A stretch of 64,000 nucleotides of DNA, taken from the NCBI GenBank assembly GCA_026991575.1, contig JALXBF010000181.1:32699-96698 (forward strand), read 5' to 3'. Each line of letters begins with the position of its first letter. The stretch's first letter is position 1. The position numbers and the translations under genes are program-made. Positions 18,874 through 28,426 of the stretch are shown in pieces. This stretch comes from Planctomycetota bacterium (GTDB taxonomy: Bacteria > Planctomycetota > Planctomycetia > JALXBF01). The notes under the pieces are model-generated. The model saw only the letters and a list, made by a program, of their open reading frames with translations, was not told the DNA's origin and did not search any database.

Positions 18874-20184
18874 TCAGGCGAAGCGGATCTTCTCACGACC
18901 TTCACGCACGTCGGCCGTTGCGTTCCGGGTATCGACCACGAGCCTGGAATGACGCACGATGAAGTGCCAGTCGTAGGCGGAGTGGTCGGTGAGGATGAGG
19001 ACGCAGTCCTGGGCCCTGAGAAGCTGCTCGGTCAGAGGCACGCTGTCCATCTGGATGTGGTGGTGACGCATGCGCGGTAGGGTCGGGATATGCGGATCGT
19101 TGTAGCTGACAATCGCACCTCGCTCCATCAGCATTTCCATGATCGGGAACGATGGGCTCTCGCGCGGGTCATCAACGTCCTTCTTGTACGCCACGCCGAG
19201 GACCAGTATCTTGGAGCCTTTCACAGGTTTGGCGTGTTCGTTCAGGTAGTCCGCAACTTTGTTGACCACATACCGGGGCATCGACGTGTTGACTTCACCG
19301 GCTAGCTCGATGAATCGAGTGGTGAAGCCGTAGCGACGGGCGATCCAGGTCAGGTAGAAGGGGTCGATCGGGATACAATGGCCCCCCAATCCGGGGCCCG
19401 GGTAGAACGGCTGGAACCCGAACGGCTTGGTTGCCGCTGCCCGGATGACCTCCCAGACGTCGATTCCCATCCGCTGGAAGAGCACTTTGAGCTCGTTGAC
19501 CAGGGCGATGTTCACGGCGCGGTAGGTGTTCTCCAGGATCTTGCATGCTTCGGCTGCTCGTGTACTCGAGACGGGCACGACTTCGACGACCACCGAAGAG
19601 TACAGCGCGCAGGCCAACTCGAGGCTCTCGCGGTCGATGCCGCCGACCACCTTGGGAATCGTGCCGGCTGAGTACTTCGGATTGCCCGGATCTTCCCGTT
19701 CGGGGCTATACGCCAGGTAGAAGTCGCGCCCGACCTTCAGACCGCTTCGCTCCAGAATTGGCAGCAGCACATCATCGGTCGTACCAGGATAGGTGGTACT
19801 TTCCAGAATGACGAGCTGGCCGCGCCGGAGTCGCCTGGAGATTGCCTCAGCGGTGCTTACCACAGCCGAGAGGTCGGGTTCGCGGTACGGGTTCAAGGGC
19901 GTGGGCACGCAGATGACGATGACATCTGGTTCGTCGAGTCGCGACAGGTCGGAGGTGGCCTCAAAGCGACCGGACTGGACTAGGTCGCGAATCTGCTCGG
20001 ACGGAATGTGCCCGATGTAGCTCTTGCCCTGGCGCAGTTGGGCTACCTTGGCGTCGTCGACGTCGAACCCGATCACGCGGTAGCCGCCCTTGGTGAAGAG
20101 CCGCACCAGTGGCAGACCGACGTAACCGAGCCCGATGACCGCAACGGTAGCCTTGCGGGATTGGATCAGTTCACGCAACGACAT
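18874..20184 (-). CDS. Nucleotide-sugar dehydrogenase (UDP-GlcNAc 6-dehydrogenase, WbpA/WecC family)
   Basis: GLGYVG, ICVPTP, ESTTYPGTT, SPEREDPGN, GGHCIPIDP (catalytic Cys), KKDVDDPRESP. Start at MSLREL. Confidence 0.95.
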   Translation of the reverse strand: MSLRELIQSRKATVAVIGLGYVGLPLVRLFTKGGYRVIGFDVDDAKVAQLRQGKSYIGHIPSEQIRDLVQSGRFEATSDLSRLDEPDVIVICVPTPLNPYREPDLSAVVSTAEAISRRLRRGQLVILESTTYPGTTDDVLLPILERSGLKVGRDFYLAYSPEREDPGNPKYSAGTIPKVVGGIDRESLELACALYSSVVVEVVPVSSTRAAEACKILENTYRAVNIALVNELKVLFQRMGIDVWEVIRAAATKPFGFQPFYPGPGLGGHCIPIDPFYLTWIARRYGFTTRFIELAGEVNTSMPRYVVNKVADYLNEHAKPVKGSKILVLGVAYKKDVDDPRESPSFPIMEMLMERGAIVSYNDPHIPTLPRMRHHHIQMDSVPLTEQLLRAQDCVLILTDHSAYDWHFIVRHSRLVVDTRNATADVREGREKIRFA

Positions 20185-20206
20185 GGACGAGCCCTTCCGG
20201 TCTTGG

Positions 20207-21343
20207 TCAATGCCCCCGAAAGTATTCAGCGATTGCCTCGACCACGTAAGCCTGCTGGCTTTCGGTGAGTTCTGGGTAAACCGGCAGAGCGAGCGATTCT
20301 TCCGCGGCCGCCTCTGCGTGCGGGAACTGCCCTTTCTGATATCCGAGGAACGCCAGCGCCTCCTGCAGGTGAAGGGGAACGGGGTAGTAGACCTCCGTGC
20401 CGATCCCTCGCTTACGCAGATGCTCGCGTAAAGGATCGCGGTGAACTGCCGGCACACAGATCACATACTGGTTGAAGACGTGCCGGACGTGTGACGGCCC
20501 CGGGTCGGGCAAGGCCACGGCATCGAACAGGTTGTGTGCTTCGAACAGCTGATGATAGCGCGCCGCGTTGCGGCGACGCGCCTCGTTCCACTGTTCCAGA
20601 TACTTGAGCTTTACCGCGAGCACAGCTGCTTGAAGCGCGTCGAGTCGCGAGTTCCAGCCGAGCCAGCGGTGGTAGTAGCGCTGTTCCATGCCATGTACGC
20701 GGAGCGCGCGGATTTTGCGGGCCAGTTCCGGGTTGTTCGTGGTCACCGCACCGCCGTCGCCGAAGCCGCCCAGGTTCTTTGACGGGAAGAAACTGAACGC
20801 GCCTGTGGCGCCCAGCGATCCAGTCCGTTGGCCGTGCCACTCGGCGCCGATCGCCTGGCACGCATCCTCGATCACGTCCACGCCGTGCCGGGCTGCTGCC
20901 TCCAGCAGCGGTCCCATCTCAGCTGGCCGGCCGAAGAGGTGAATGGGCAGGATGGCGCGTGTTCTCGGACCGATCGCGGCGATTGCTTCTTCTACATTGA
21001 TGTTGAACGTATAGGGGTCGATGTCGACGAAGACGGGCCGTGCCCCCGCGCGCACAATGGATCCGACCGTGGCGAAGAACGTGTAAGGAGTCGTGATCAC
21101 TTCGGTGCCAGGGCCGGCGTCGCAGGCCACAAGCGACAGCAACAGCGCGTCGGTGCCCGAAGCACAACCGATTGCGTACTCGACCTGGCAGTATGCCGCC
21201 AGTTCCCCCTCAAAGCGCTCAACTTCTTCACCGAGGACGAACTGCTGAGACTCAACCACGCGGTCGATCGCGGCGCGGATTTCCTGCGCAATCTTCGCGT
21301 ACTGCGCCCGCAGATCGAGCAGGGGAACGACCATCTCTGCCAT
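20207..21343 (-). CDS. DegT/DnrJ/EryC1/StrS PLP-dependent sugar aminotransferase
   Basis: SGTDALLL, EDACQAIG, SFFPSKNLGGFGDGG (PLP lysine), NSRLDALQA. Confidence 0.95.
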   Translation of the reverse strand: MAEMVVPLLDLRAQYAKIAQEIRAAIDRVVESQQFVLGEEVERFEGELAAYCQVEYAIGCASGTDALLLSLVACDAGPGTEVITTPYTFFATVGSIVRAGARPVFVDIDPYTFNINVEEAIAAIGPRTRAILPIHLFGRPAEMGPLLEAAARHGVDVIEDACQAIGAEWHGQRTGSLGATGAFSFFPSKNLGGFGDGGAVTTNNPELARKIRALRVHGMEQRYYHRWLGWNSRLDALQAAVLAVKLKYLEQWNEARRRNAARYHQLFEAHNLFDAVALPDPGPSHVRHVFNQYVICVPAVHRDPLREHLRKRGIGTEVYYPVPLHLQEALAFLGYQKGQFPHAEAAAEESLALPVYPELTESQQAYVVEAIAEYFRGH

Positions 21344-21380
21344 CGGCTAGCCGTCCTGAGAGAAACTCGCAGTTTGGCGC

Positions 21381-23942
21381 TCAAGCGGCCGGCTCACTGC
21401 TGTCGCCGGCGCTTTTCGCCGCAACGGTGGCGACCAGTTCCGGTGATGCCGGTTCAGTATAGCGGCACTTCGGGTAGCCGCTGCAGCCGACGAACAGCCC
21501 GCGGGCGGTCTCGCGTAGCATCAGTGGCTGGCCGCATTCAGGGCATTCCTTGCCGATCGGGGTAGCCTTCGCCTTTGGCGTTGTGGCCTTCAGGAACGCC
21601 TGCACCTCTTCGCGCAGCTCGTCGGGGATGGGGGCGGTAGAGCGACATTTCGGATAGTTCGCACAGCCTAGGAATGGGCCGCGACGGCTGCGACGGATCT
21701 TCATCGGGCTCCCGCATTTGTCGCACTTGACGTCGATCTTGGGCGGTTCGATCGGCCGACCATCGGCATCGACCGGCTTCGTGTTGCGGCACTTCGGGTA
21801 GTTTGAGCAGCCCAAGAACTGCCCGCTGCGGCCGGTGCGCAACGTCATCGGCGCGCCACACAGCTCACAGCTGTAACCAGTCTCCTGCTGTGCCGGCACC
21901 GGTCTGCCATCCACGCCGACGTTCATCGTGACCTTGCAATCCGGATACCCGCTGCACGCATAAAACGGCCCACGTCGGCCGGAGCGCAATGCGAGCGGCC
22001 GACCGCACTCCGGACACGGATGGTCGGTCGTGATGGCTTCTTGGCTGTCGGCGTCACGGCCCAGCGGCCTGCGGTTGCGGCACTCCGGATAATTTGCACA
22101 TCCCAGGAAGCGGCCATTCTTGGACCAACGGATCACCATCGGCGCCCCACACTGCTCGCACTTCTCGTCCGTCTCCACGCCCCGCACCTTCTCGATCGCC
22201 TCCTCGGCCCGTTCCAACGCGGCGTGGAACGGCCCGTAGAAGTCCTCCAGTACCTGCCGCCAGTCGCACTTGGCCTCCTCGATCTGGTCCAGCCGCGATT
22301 CCATCTGGCTCGTGAACTTCACGTCCACGATCTCGGGAAAGTGCTTGACCAGAAGATCCGTCACCAACATGCCCAGCTCCGTTGCATGGAACTTCCGGTC
22401 CTTCAGCTCCACGTAACCACGTTCCTGGATGGTGCTGATGATCGGGGCATAGGTGCTGGGCCTGCCGATCCCATACTTCTCCAGCGCCTTGATCAAGGTG
22501 GCCTCGGTGTATCTGGGCGGGGGCTGAGTGAAATGCTGGGACGGTTCCAGGCGGACGCAGACCAGTAGCTGGCCTTCTTGTAGTGGCGGCAGCTCAGGCG
22601 TTTCCTCTCTGCCGGACGGCTGCCACACTTTGCGGTACCCTTCGAAGAGAAGCTGCCGGCCCTGGGTTCGGAACAGCCCCGGCCCGGCTTCGATTTCTAC
22701 GTCGGTTACCGCAATCAATGCCGCCTTCATCTGACTGGCCACGAACCGGCGGTAGATCAGCTCGTAGAGATCGGCTTGTTCCTGGGTCAGATACGGTCGC
22801 ACGCGCTCGGGGGTGTATGCCAGGTTTGTTGGTCGGATGGCTTCGTGAGCTTCCTGAGCGCCACGGCCCGCCTTGTACTGCCGCGGCTTCTCCGGCAGGT
22901 ACTCCGGACCGTACTGTTCGGCGATGTACTCGCGGCACTGCTCGAGCGCGGTTTCCGCGATCCGCAGGCTGTCGGTACGCATGTAGGTAATCAGGCCAAC
23001 GGAGCCTTCCTCGCCCAGCTCCACGCCTTCGTACAACTGCTGAGCGATCCGCATCGTGCGGCTGGCGCTGAATCGGAGCCGCACGGAGGCCTGCTGCTGT
23101 AGCGTGCTGGTCATGAACGGAGGCGGCGGATTCTCGATCCGCTGGCGCTTCTTGCACAGCGTCACCCGGAACTGCTGCTGCTGAAGTGCTTCGAGTACCT
23201 GGCGAGTTTCGGCTTCGTTGCTGGGGCGGAACTTGGCGTCCTGCCAGCGGGCCAGTTCCGCAGTGAATTCCCGATCATCCTGCTCGCTTACCCGGAACGT
23301 CCCGGTGATCTTCCAGTACTCTTCCGGCTTGAACTGAGCGATTTCCCGCTCGCGCTCGACGACGAGCCGGACCGCGACGGACTGAACGCGGCCAGCGCTC
23401 AGTCCACGAGCCACCTTGCGCCACAGCAGCGGGCTGAGCTGATAGCCGACGATTCTGTCCAGGACGCGGCGTGCCTGCTGCGCGTATACCTTATTCATAT
23501 CGATGGCCTCGGGACTCTCGAAGGCACGCCGCACTGCCGGGGCTGTGATCTCATGGAACCGGACCCGGTAGGTGGACTGTTCTGGCAGCTTGAGCGCCTC
23601 TTTCAGGTGCCAGGCGATCGCCTCGCCCTCGCGATCCGGGTCCGTTGCCAGGTAGGTGGCTTCCGCCTGGCGGGCCGCCTTCTTAAGGTCGTCCAGGGTG
23701 GCCTTCTTGCCCTTGATGATGCGATAGGTCGGCTCAAAGCCCTTCTCGATGTCGATTCCGAAGCGGGTCTGGGGCAGGTCGCGTACGTGCCCCATGCTCG
23801 CCTTCACGATGTACTGAGGGCCGAGGTACTTGTTGATCGTGCGGGCTTTGGCGGGCGATTCAACGATGACCAGCTTCTTGCCGTTGTTTGCCGTAGAACG
23901 CTGCGTCTGTTTGCTCGCGGTGCGTTTCGTTGTCGTAGCCAT
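21381..23942 (-). CDS. topA: Type IA DNA topoisomerase I
   Basis: IVESPAKA, ATDPDREGEAI, SAGRVQS, GLITYMRTDS (catalytic Tyr), QEAHEAIRPT, GIGRPSTY; five C-terminal C4 zinc ribbons. Confidence 0.98.
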   Translation of the reverse strand: MATTTKRTASKQTQRSTANNGKKLVIVESPAKARTINKYLGPQYIVKASMGHVRDLPQTRFGIDIEKGFEPTYRIIKGKKATLDDLKKAARQAEATYLATDPDREGEAIAWHLKEALKLPEQSTYRVRFHEITAPAVRRAFESPEAIDMNKVYAQQARRVLDRIVGYQLSPLLWRKVARGLSAGRVQSVAVRLVVEREREIAQFKPEEYWKITGTFRVSEQDDREFTAELARWQDAKFRPSNEAETRQVLEALQQQQFRVTLCKKRQRIENPPPPFMTSTLQQQASVRLRFSASRTMRIAQQLYEGVELGEEGSVGLITYMRTDSLRIAETALEQCREYIAEQYGPEYLPEKPRQYKAGRGAQEAHEAIRPTNLAYTPERVRPYLTQEQADLYELIYRRFVASQMKAALIAVTDVEIEAGPGLFRTQGRQLLFEGYRKVWQPSGREETPELPPLQEGQLLVCVRLEPSQHFTQPPPRYTEATLIKALEKYGIGRPSTYAPIISTIQERGYVELKDRKFHATELGMLVTDLLVKHFPEIVDVKFTSQMESRLDQIEEAKCDWRQVLEDFYGPFHAALERAEEAIEKVRGVETDEKCEQCGAPMVIRWSKNGRFLGCANYPECRNRRPLGRDADSQEAITTDHPCPECGRPLALRSGRRGPFYACSGYPDCKVTMNVGVDGRPVPAQQETGYSCELCGAPMTLRTGRSGQFLGCSNYPKCRNTKPVDADGRPIEPPKIDVKCDKCGSPMKIRRSRRGPFLGCANYPKCRSTAPIPDELREEVQAFLKATTPKAKATPIGKECPECGQPLMLRETARGLFVGCSGYPKCRYTEPASPELVATVAAKSAGDSSEPAA

Positions 23943-24263
23943 GTTTCAGCCTTCGCGTTCCGTCTGGGCTCGCTCCGTTGACCTGTCTTCACGAGCCCCG
24001 TTATCCTTGACTGCTCAAGCGTAGCTTGGGTTATGTGAGTTGACACGTCGTCTCGGGCCAGTTGCGGCGGCTGCATCGCCACAGCCGGTCCGCTGCTCCC
24101 GGCAAATAATATAGACGTGTCCACCTCGTCAAGCCGCGTTCCAAACGCGTGGCACTTGACGGGCCTTCCCGGTCTGGCCGTGCGGCCTGCGCCGGTCGTA
24201 CGCTTTAGAGCAGCAAGGGAGCGAGTGGTTCCCGACAGCAGGACGTGGTGAGGACCTAGCGTG

Positions 24264-26915
24264 ATGGCCCTGAGCACGTTACGAAAACACCAGAAGAAAC
24301 TGCTCGCGATTCTGGCCGTGCTGGCCATGATCGCGTTCAGCTTCGACATCGTCATCCAGACCTTCCAGCCGAGCCGCGTGCCACGCATGCGGCCGATTGC
24401 ACGCGTGTACGGGGATCTGATCTACCCCCAGCACATCGAGGCACTGCGCCAGGAACGCGCCATCGCCAACCGTTTCCTGGCACTTGCCTGGAGCGCCGTG
24501 GGCGATACCTTCGCGCTGCGTGTGTGGGATAGCGAGTTCTTTGGGCCGATCGACCGGGACGCGATCCTTGAGGCATTCGCGCTGGCACGCGAGGCCGACC
24601 GGCTGGGGATTACCTATACGGACGAAATGGTCACGGATTTCATCGTCCAGATCACCGGCGGTCGCCTCACCCAAGAACAGTTCCGCGGCGTGGTTAGCCG
24701 GCTCGGGGTGTCCCAGTACACCCTGTACGCGGCCCTGAAGAACCAACTCCGCATCCGCCTGGTCGAAGGGCTCTACTACGGACGGTCCCGGCGGCTCGCG
24801 AACCGTAATCGGGTCACACCGTACGACGCCTGGCTGCTGTACCGGCAGGTCAACGAGCAGGTCAAGTTCGAAGCGATCCCGGTTCCGGTGGAGGCGTTTG
24901 CGGAACTGGTTGAAGAGCCGAGCGAGGCGGACCTCCGTGCGCTATACGAGAAGTATCGGGACCGCATTCCCCTGCCGGATCAACCAGAGCCGGGGTTCCG
25001 TAAACCGCCACGGGTGCATCTGCAGTACGCGTCAATCAGCGTAGAGAAGCTGGTTGCGGAGCTGGAGAAGACGGTCACTGACGAAGAGATCAAGCGGTAC
25101 TACGAGGAAAACAAGGAACTATACCGCATCGACGAACCGGAGCCGGAGCCCGAAACACAGCCTCAAACAGAGGAGACTACCGACGCCGAAGGTCCCGGGC
25201 AGAAACCGTCGGAGCAAGAGTCGGAGAAGGAAGCGGCTCAGCAGCAGCAGCAAACGAAACCGGCTTCGGAGGGGGGCAAGCGGAAGGCCAGTGCGACCGA
25301 GAAGAAGCAGCCCGAGGGTCGGACCAAGCCGCAGCAGTCCGAACCTGGCGAGGCTCGTTCTACCGATGGTGACAAACCCGACGCGGCACCGCCCGCTCAG
25401 ACCGGCAAGAAGCAGGAAGCCCGACAGCAGAGTGGCGCCAGCGGCGATGGCCCAAGAGCGGCGCCATCGGATCAGCAGAGCGGGCAGAAGCGGGACGACG
25501 GATCGGACAAGCCAAAGTCAGAGGACCGCAACAGCACCGGCAGCGTCCGGGTGCCGCGCCGAGACATTGCGCTTGCCAACATTGTCGCACAGCGGGATCC
25601 TAAGGCCGCTAAAGCCAAGCAGCAGGCCCGGCCGAAGGTCGAACCGAAGCCGCACAGCGACGAACGGACAACGCCCGACAAGCCGTCTGGCTCGCAGAGC
25701 TCCGGAGAACCGGAGAATCGCTCCGACGGACGTGACAGCGACCGACAGAGAGCGGACTCGTCATCCGGCTCCGACCGTTCTCAGGGCGCTTCCACCGACG
25801 GCACGGCCGACCAGAAGGGAGAGGACGGCAGCAAGCGTGATGCGGGAAGCGCGGGCACGGCGGCCGAGGCTGAGGGGGACAGCCAGCAGGAGAAGCCGGC
25901 TCGGTACCAGCCGCTTTCCGAGGTCAAGGATGCCATCCGCCGCATTCTGGCGGAGCGGAAGGCTGAGCAGGAGGCGCAGCGGCGGCTGGAGCAGCTGGCT
26001 CAGAAGGTGCGCGAGTACGTGATTGAGAAGTATTTGCCGGCGCGCGAAGCATACGAGCGTGCTGGTGGCCAGGAGACCGGCAAGCCATTCGTGCCACCGC
26101 CGTTCCCCGACCTGAAGCCGGTGGCGGAAGAGCTTGGCCTGGCGTTGCATGAGATTCCGGAGCTCAGTTTTCTGAACGTTTCCGAAGTCGGACCGCTGCG
26201 CGATGCCCGCGAGGTGGTTGGCGGCGTTCCGAGCGGTGCGGGGTTCGAACAGCTGTTCGTGCCGGATGCCGAGGGCCAGGCGGGTGGACAGGCAGAGGTA
26301 CTGGAGGTGCGTATCCTGCGCGACCTGCGCGATACGTACTATGCCGTCTGGATCCGCCAACGGTGGGATGCGGAGACGCCCCCCTTTGAACAGATCCGCG
26401 ACCAGGTGGAGCTAGCGTACCGTATTCAGAAGGCCCGACCGCTTGCGGAGAAGCGGGCTCGGGAGTTGGCCGACGAGCTAAGGCGCGCCGGCGGCGATGT
26501 GAAGAAGGTACTGGCGGAAAACGAAGGGTTGACATCGCTGAGTGCCGGGCCGATGTCGCTGTGGCGGCGGCGCCTGGGGTTGTTCGGCCCGCAGGGGATT
26601 GAGCCAGTAGAGATTCCCGGGATTGAGTACCCGGGCGATGAGCTTCGCCGCACGCTGCTGGCGCTGGAGCCGACGCAGGTGGCCGTTGCCCCGGACGCGC
26701 CCGTGCGCACGTACTACGTGTTGGTCGTACAGGAGAAGGTGGCGGCGAAGCTGGAGGATTTCGCGCGCGAGATGCTGCTGTACCTGGAACTGGCTCAACG
26801 GATGCAGGATGAGCGGTGGGTGCGTGCCCGGAAGGAGGCGCTGTGGCGGCCGGGTGTCATAGAATTGCTGGATGAGGGTGCCCCTCCAGAGATTCCTGCC
26901 CAGGCGCGGCTCTGA
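24264..26915 (+). CDS. PpiD/SurA-N-like membrane-anchored periplasmic chaperone with a long low-complexity insert
   Basis: Basic N-terminus plus TM (LRKHQKKLLAILAVLAMIAF), SurA_N-like helices, PpiD-like VTDEEIKRYYEENKELY, PLSEVKDAI and PPFEQIRDQV. Confidence 0.75.
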   Translation: MALSTLRKHQKKLLAILAVLAMIAFSFDIVIQTFQPSRVPRMRPIARVYGDLIYPQHIEALRQERAIANRFLALAWSAVGDTFALRVWDSEFFGPIDRDAILEAFALAREADRLGITYTDEMVTDFIVQITGGRLTQEQFRGVVSRLGVSQYTLYAALKNQLRIRLVEGLYYGRSRRLANRNRVTPYDAWLLYRQVNEQVKFEAIPVPVEAFAELVEEPSEADLRALYEKYRDRIPLPDQPEPGFRKPPRVHLQYASISVEKLVAELEKTVTDEEIKRYYEENKELYRIDEPEPEPETQPQTEETTDAEGPGQKPSEQESEKEAAQQQQQTKPASEGGKRKASATEKKQPEGRTKPQQSEPGEARSTDGDKPDAAPPAQTGKKQEARQQSGASGDGPRAAPSDQQSGQKRDDGSDKPKSEDRNSTGSVRVPRRDIALANIVAQRDPKAAKAKQQARPKVEPKPHSDERTTPDKPSGSQSSGEPENRSDGRDSDRQRADSSSGSDRSQGASTDGTADQKGEDGSKRDAGSAGTAAEAEGDSQQEKPARYQPLSEVKDAIRRILAERKAEQEAQRRLEQLAQKVREYVIEKYLPAREAYERAGGQETGKPFVPPPFPDLKPVAEELGLALHEIPELSFLNVSEVGPLRDAREVVGGVPSGAGFEQLFVPDAEGQAGGQAEVLEVRILRDLRDTYYAVWIRQRWDAETPPFEQIRDQVELAYRIQKARPLAEKRARELADELRRAGGDVKKVLAENEGLTSLSAGPMSLWRRRLGLFGPQGIEPVEIPGIEYPGDELRRTLLALEPTQVAVAPDAPVRTYYVLVVQEKVAAKLEDFAREMLLYLELAQRMQDERWVRARKEALWRPGVIELLDEGAPPEIPAQARL

Positions 26916-26982
26916 GCTGCGGGGGCAACTCGACCACCTTGTCGATCGCGACCAGTCGGCGAAGTTCCGAAGAGGTTTGGCC

Positions 26983-28389
26983 ATGCCACTGCGAAACCTG
27001 ATCATCATCATCGCGGTTGCCGCCCAGGCAGCGCTGACCTGGCAGCGCGTGCCCGCTGCTGCTCAGGACGAAGAGCTCTACAAGTTCTACCGCCTGCTGG
27101 TCGATGTGCTGGACCGGGTGGAGCGGAACTACGTCCATGAGGTGGACCGTGAGAAGCTCCTGCAGGGGGCCGTGCAGGGCATGCTCCGCACGCTCGATCC
27201 CTACTCGGAGTTCATCCCGGCGGAGGAGTTGCCTGAGTTTAAGGAGGAGACGGAAGGACATTTCGGGGGGGTTGGCATCTCGATCGAACGCGACGCCCGC
27301 ACCGGGCACCTGATCGTCATCAGCCCGCTGCCCGACTCCCCGGCGTTCCGCGCAGGGATTGTGGCCGGCGACCGGATCGTTGCTGTTGACGGCGTGCCGC
27401 TCAAGGACCTTACCCTCACGGAAGCGATCGATCGCATCAAAGGGCCCGTCGGCACAAAGGTAACGTTAAGTGTGCTTCGCCGCGGTGCGGACCAGCCCGT
27501 GGAGATCACGTTGACCCGCGAGGACATCAAGGTGGAGAGTGTCAAGGGCTGGGAGCGGCGACCAGACGGCGGATGGAACTGGATCGTCGACCCGGAGAAC
27601 GGCATTGCCTACATCCGGATCACGCAGTTTACGGAGTCCACCGCAGCGGACCTGCGGCATGCGTTGGAAGAGGCGCGCAAGCAGGGCATGAAGGCACTTG
27701 TGCTCGATCTGCGCTATAACCCCGGCGGACTTCTGGAAGCGGCTGTCGAGGTGGCCGATCTGTTCTTGAAGGCCGGCCAGACGATCGTTCGCGTGCGCGG
27801 CCGGAACGTGCGGCCGGCGGAGTGGAAAGCGTCCGGGCGAGGCCCGTGTCAGGATGTGCCCATGGCCGTGCTGGTTAACCGCTTCACCGCGTCGGCCAGT
27901 GAGATCGTCTCGGCGGCTCTGCAAGACCACAAGCGCGCCGTGATCGTCGGCCGCAGGACGTGGGGCAAAGGCAGCGTGCAGAACATCATCCCGCTGGCCG
28001 ACGGCCGCAGCGCGCTGAAACTGACGACCGCCGAGTACTACCGGCCCAGCGGCAAGAACATCCACCGGCGCCAGAACATGACCGAGAGGGATGAGTGGGG
28101 CGTCAAGCCTGATATTCAGGTGCGTGCCATGAACCCGCTGGAGGTGCGGAACTTCTTTGTCTATCTCCAGCACAAGGACATCATCCCGCCGAAGGATCAG
28201 CATGAGGCCGGCAAGGAAGGGGACGACTCGGCGAAGCCGCCATCTTTTAAGGACTTCCAGCTCGAAAAGGCGCTGGAAGTGCTTCGGGCCCGGTTAAAGA
28301 AAAAGAACAACGCCGACGGGACGCCGCAGGCTGAGGACACTGCCGCTAGACGGCTCGACGTTACTGCACTCATGACTGTCGCCGCGTGA
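26983..28389 (+). CDS. S41A carboxyl-terminal processing protease (CtpA/Prc family, PDZ)
   Basis: LDPYSEF, FGGVGI (PDZ), LDLRYNPGGLL, TASASEIV (Ser), TWGKGSVQ (Lys); AGAGG RBS before ATG 26983. Confidence 0.95.
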   Translation: MPLRNLIIIIAVAAQAALTWQRVPAAAQDEELYKFYRLLVDVLDRVERNYVHEVDREKLLQGAVQGMLRTLDPYSEFIPAEELPEFKEETEGHFGGVGISIERDARTGHLIVISPLPDSPAFRAGIVAGDRIVAVDGVPLKDLTLTEAIDRIKGPVGTKVTLSVLRRGADQPVEITLTREDIKVESVKGWERRPDGGWNWIVDPENGIAYIRITQFTESTAADLRHALEEARKQGMKALVLDLRYNPGGLLEAAVEVADLFLKAGQTIVRVRGRNVRPAEWKASGRGPCQDVPMAVLVNRFTASASEIVSAALQDHKRAVIVGRRTWGKGSVQNIIPLADGRSALKLTTAEYYRPSGKNIHRRQNMTERDEWGVKPDIQVRAMNPLEVRNFFVYLQHKDIIPPKDQHEAGKEGDDSAKPPSFKDFQLEKALEVLRARLKKKNNADGTPQAEDTAARRLDVTALMTVAA

Positions 28390-28426
28390 GGTCGATCTGC
28401 CGGTCGGTTGGCCGTTGGCGGTCAGG

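Noticed and set aside
24103-24133. Possible topA promoter (minus strand TTGACG...TATTAT)
   Set aside because: The spacer is only 15 nt; plausible, but too weak to call.
25131-25904. Low-complexity stretch as an intein, mobile insert or tandem repeat
   Set aside because: No intein splice motifs, no terminal repeats and no nucleotide-level periodicity; it is an in-frame disordered region.
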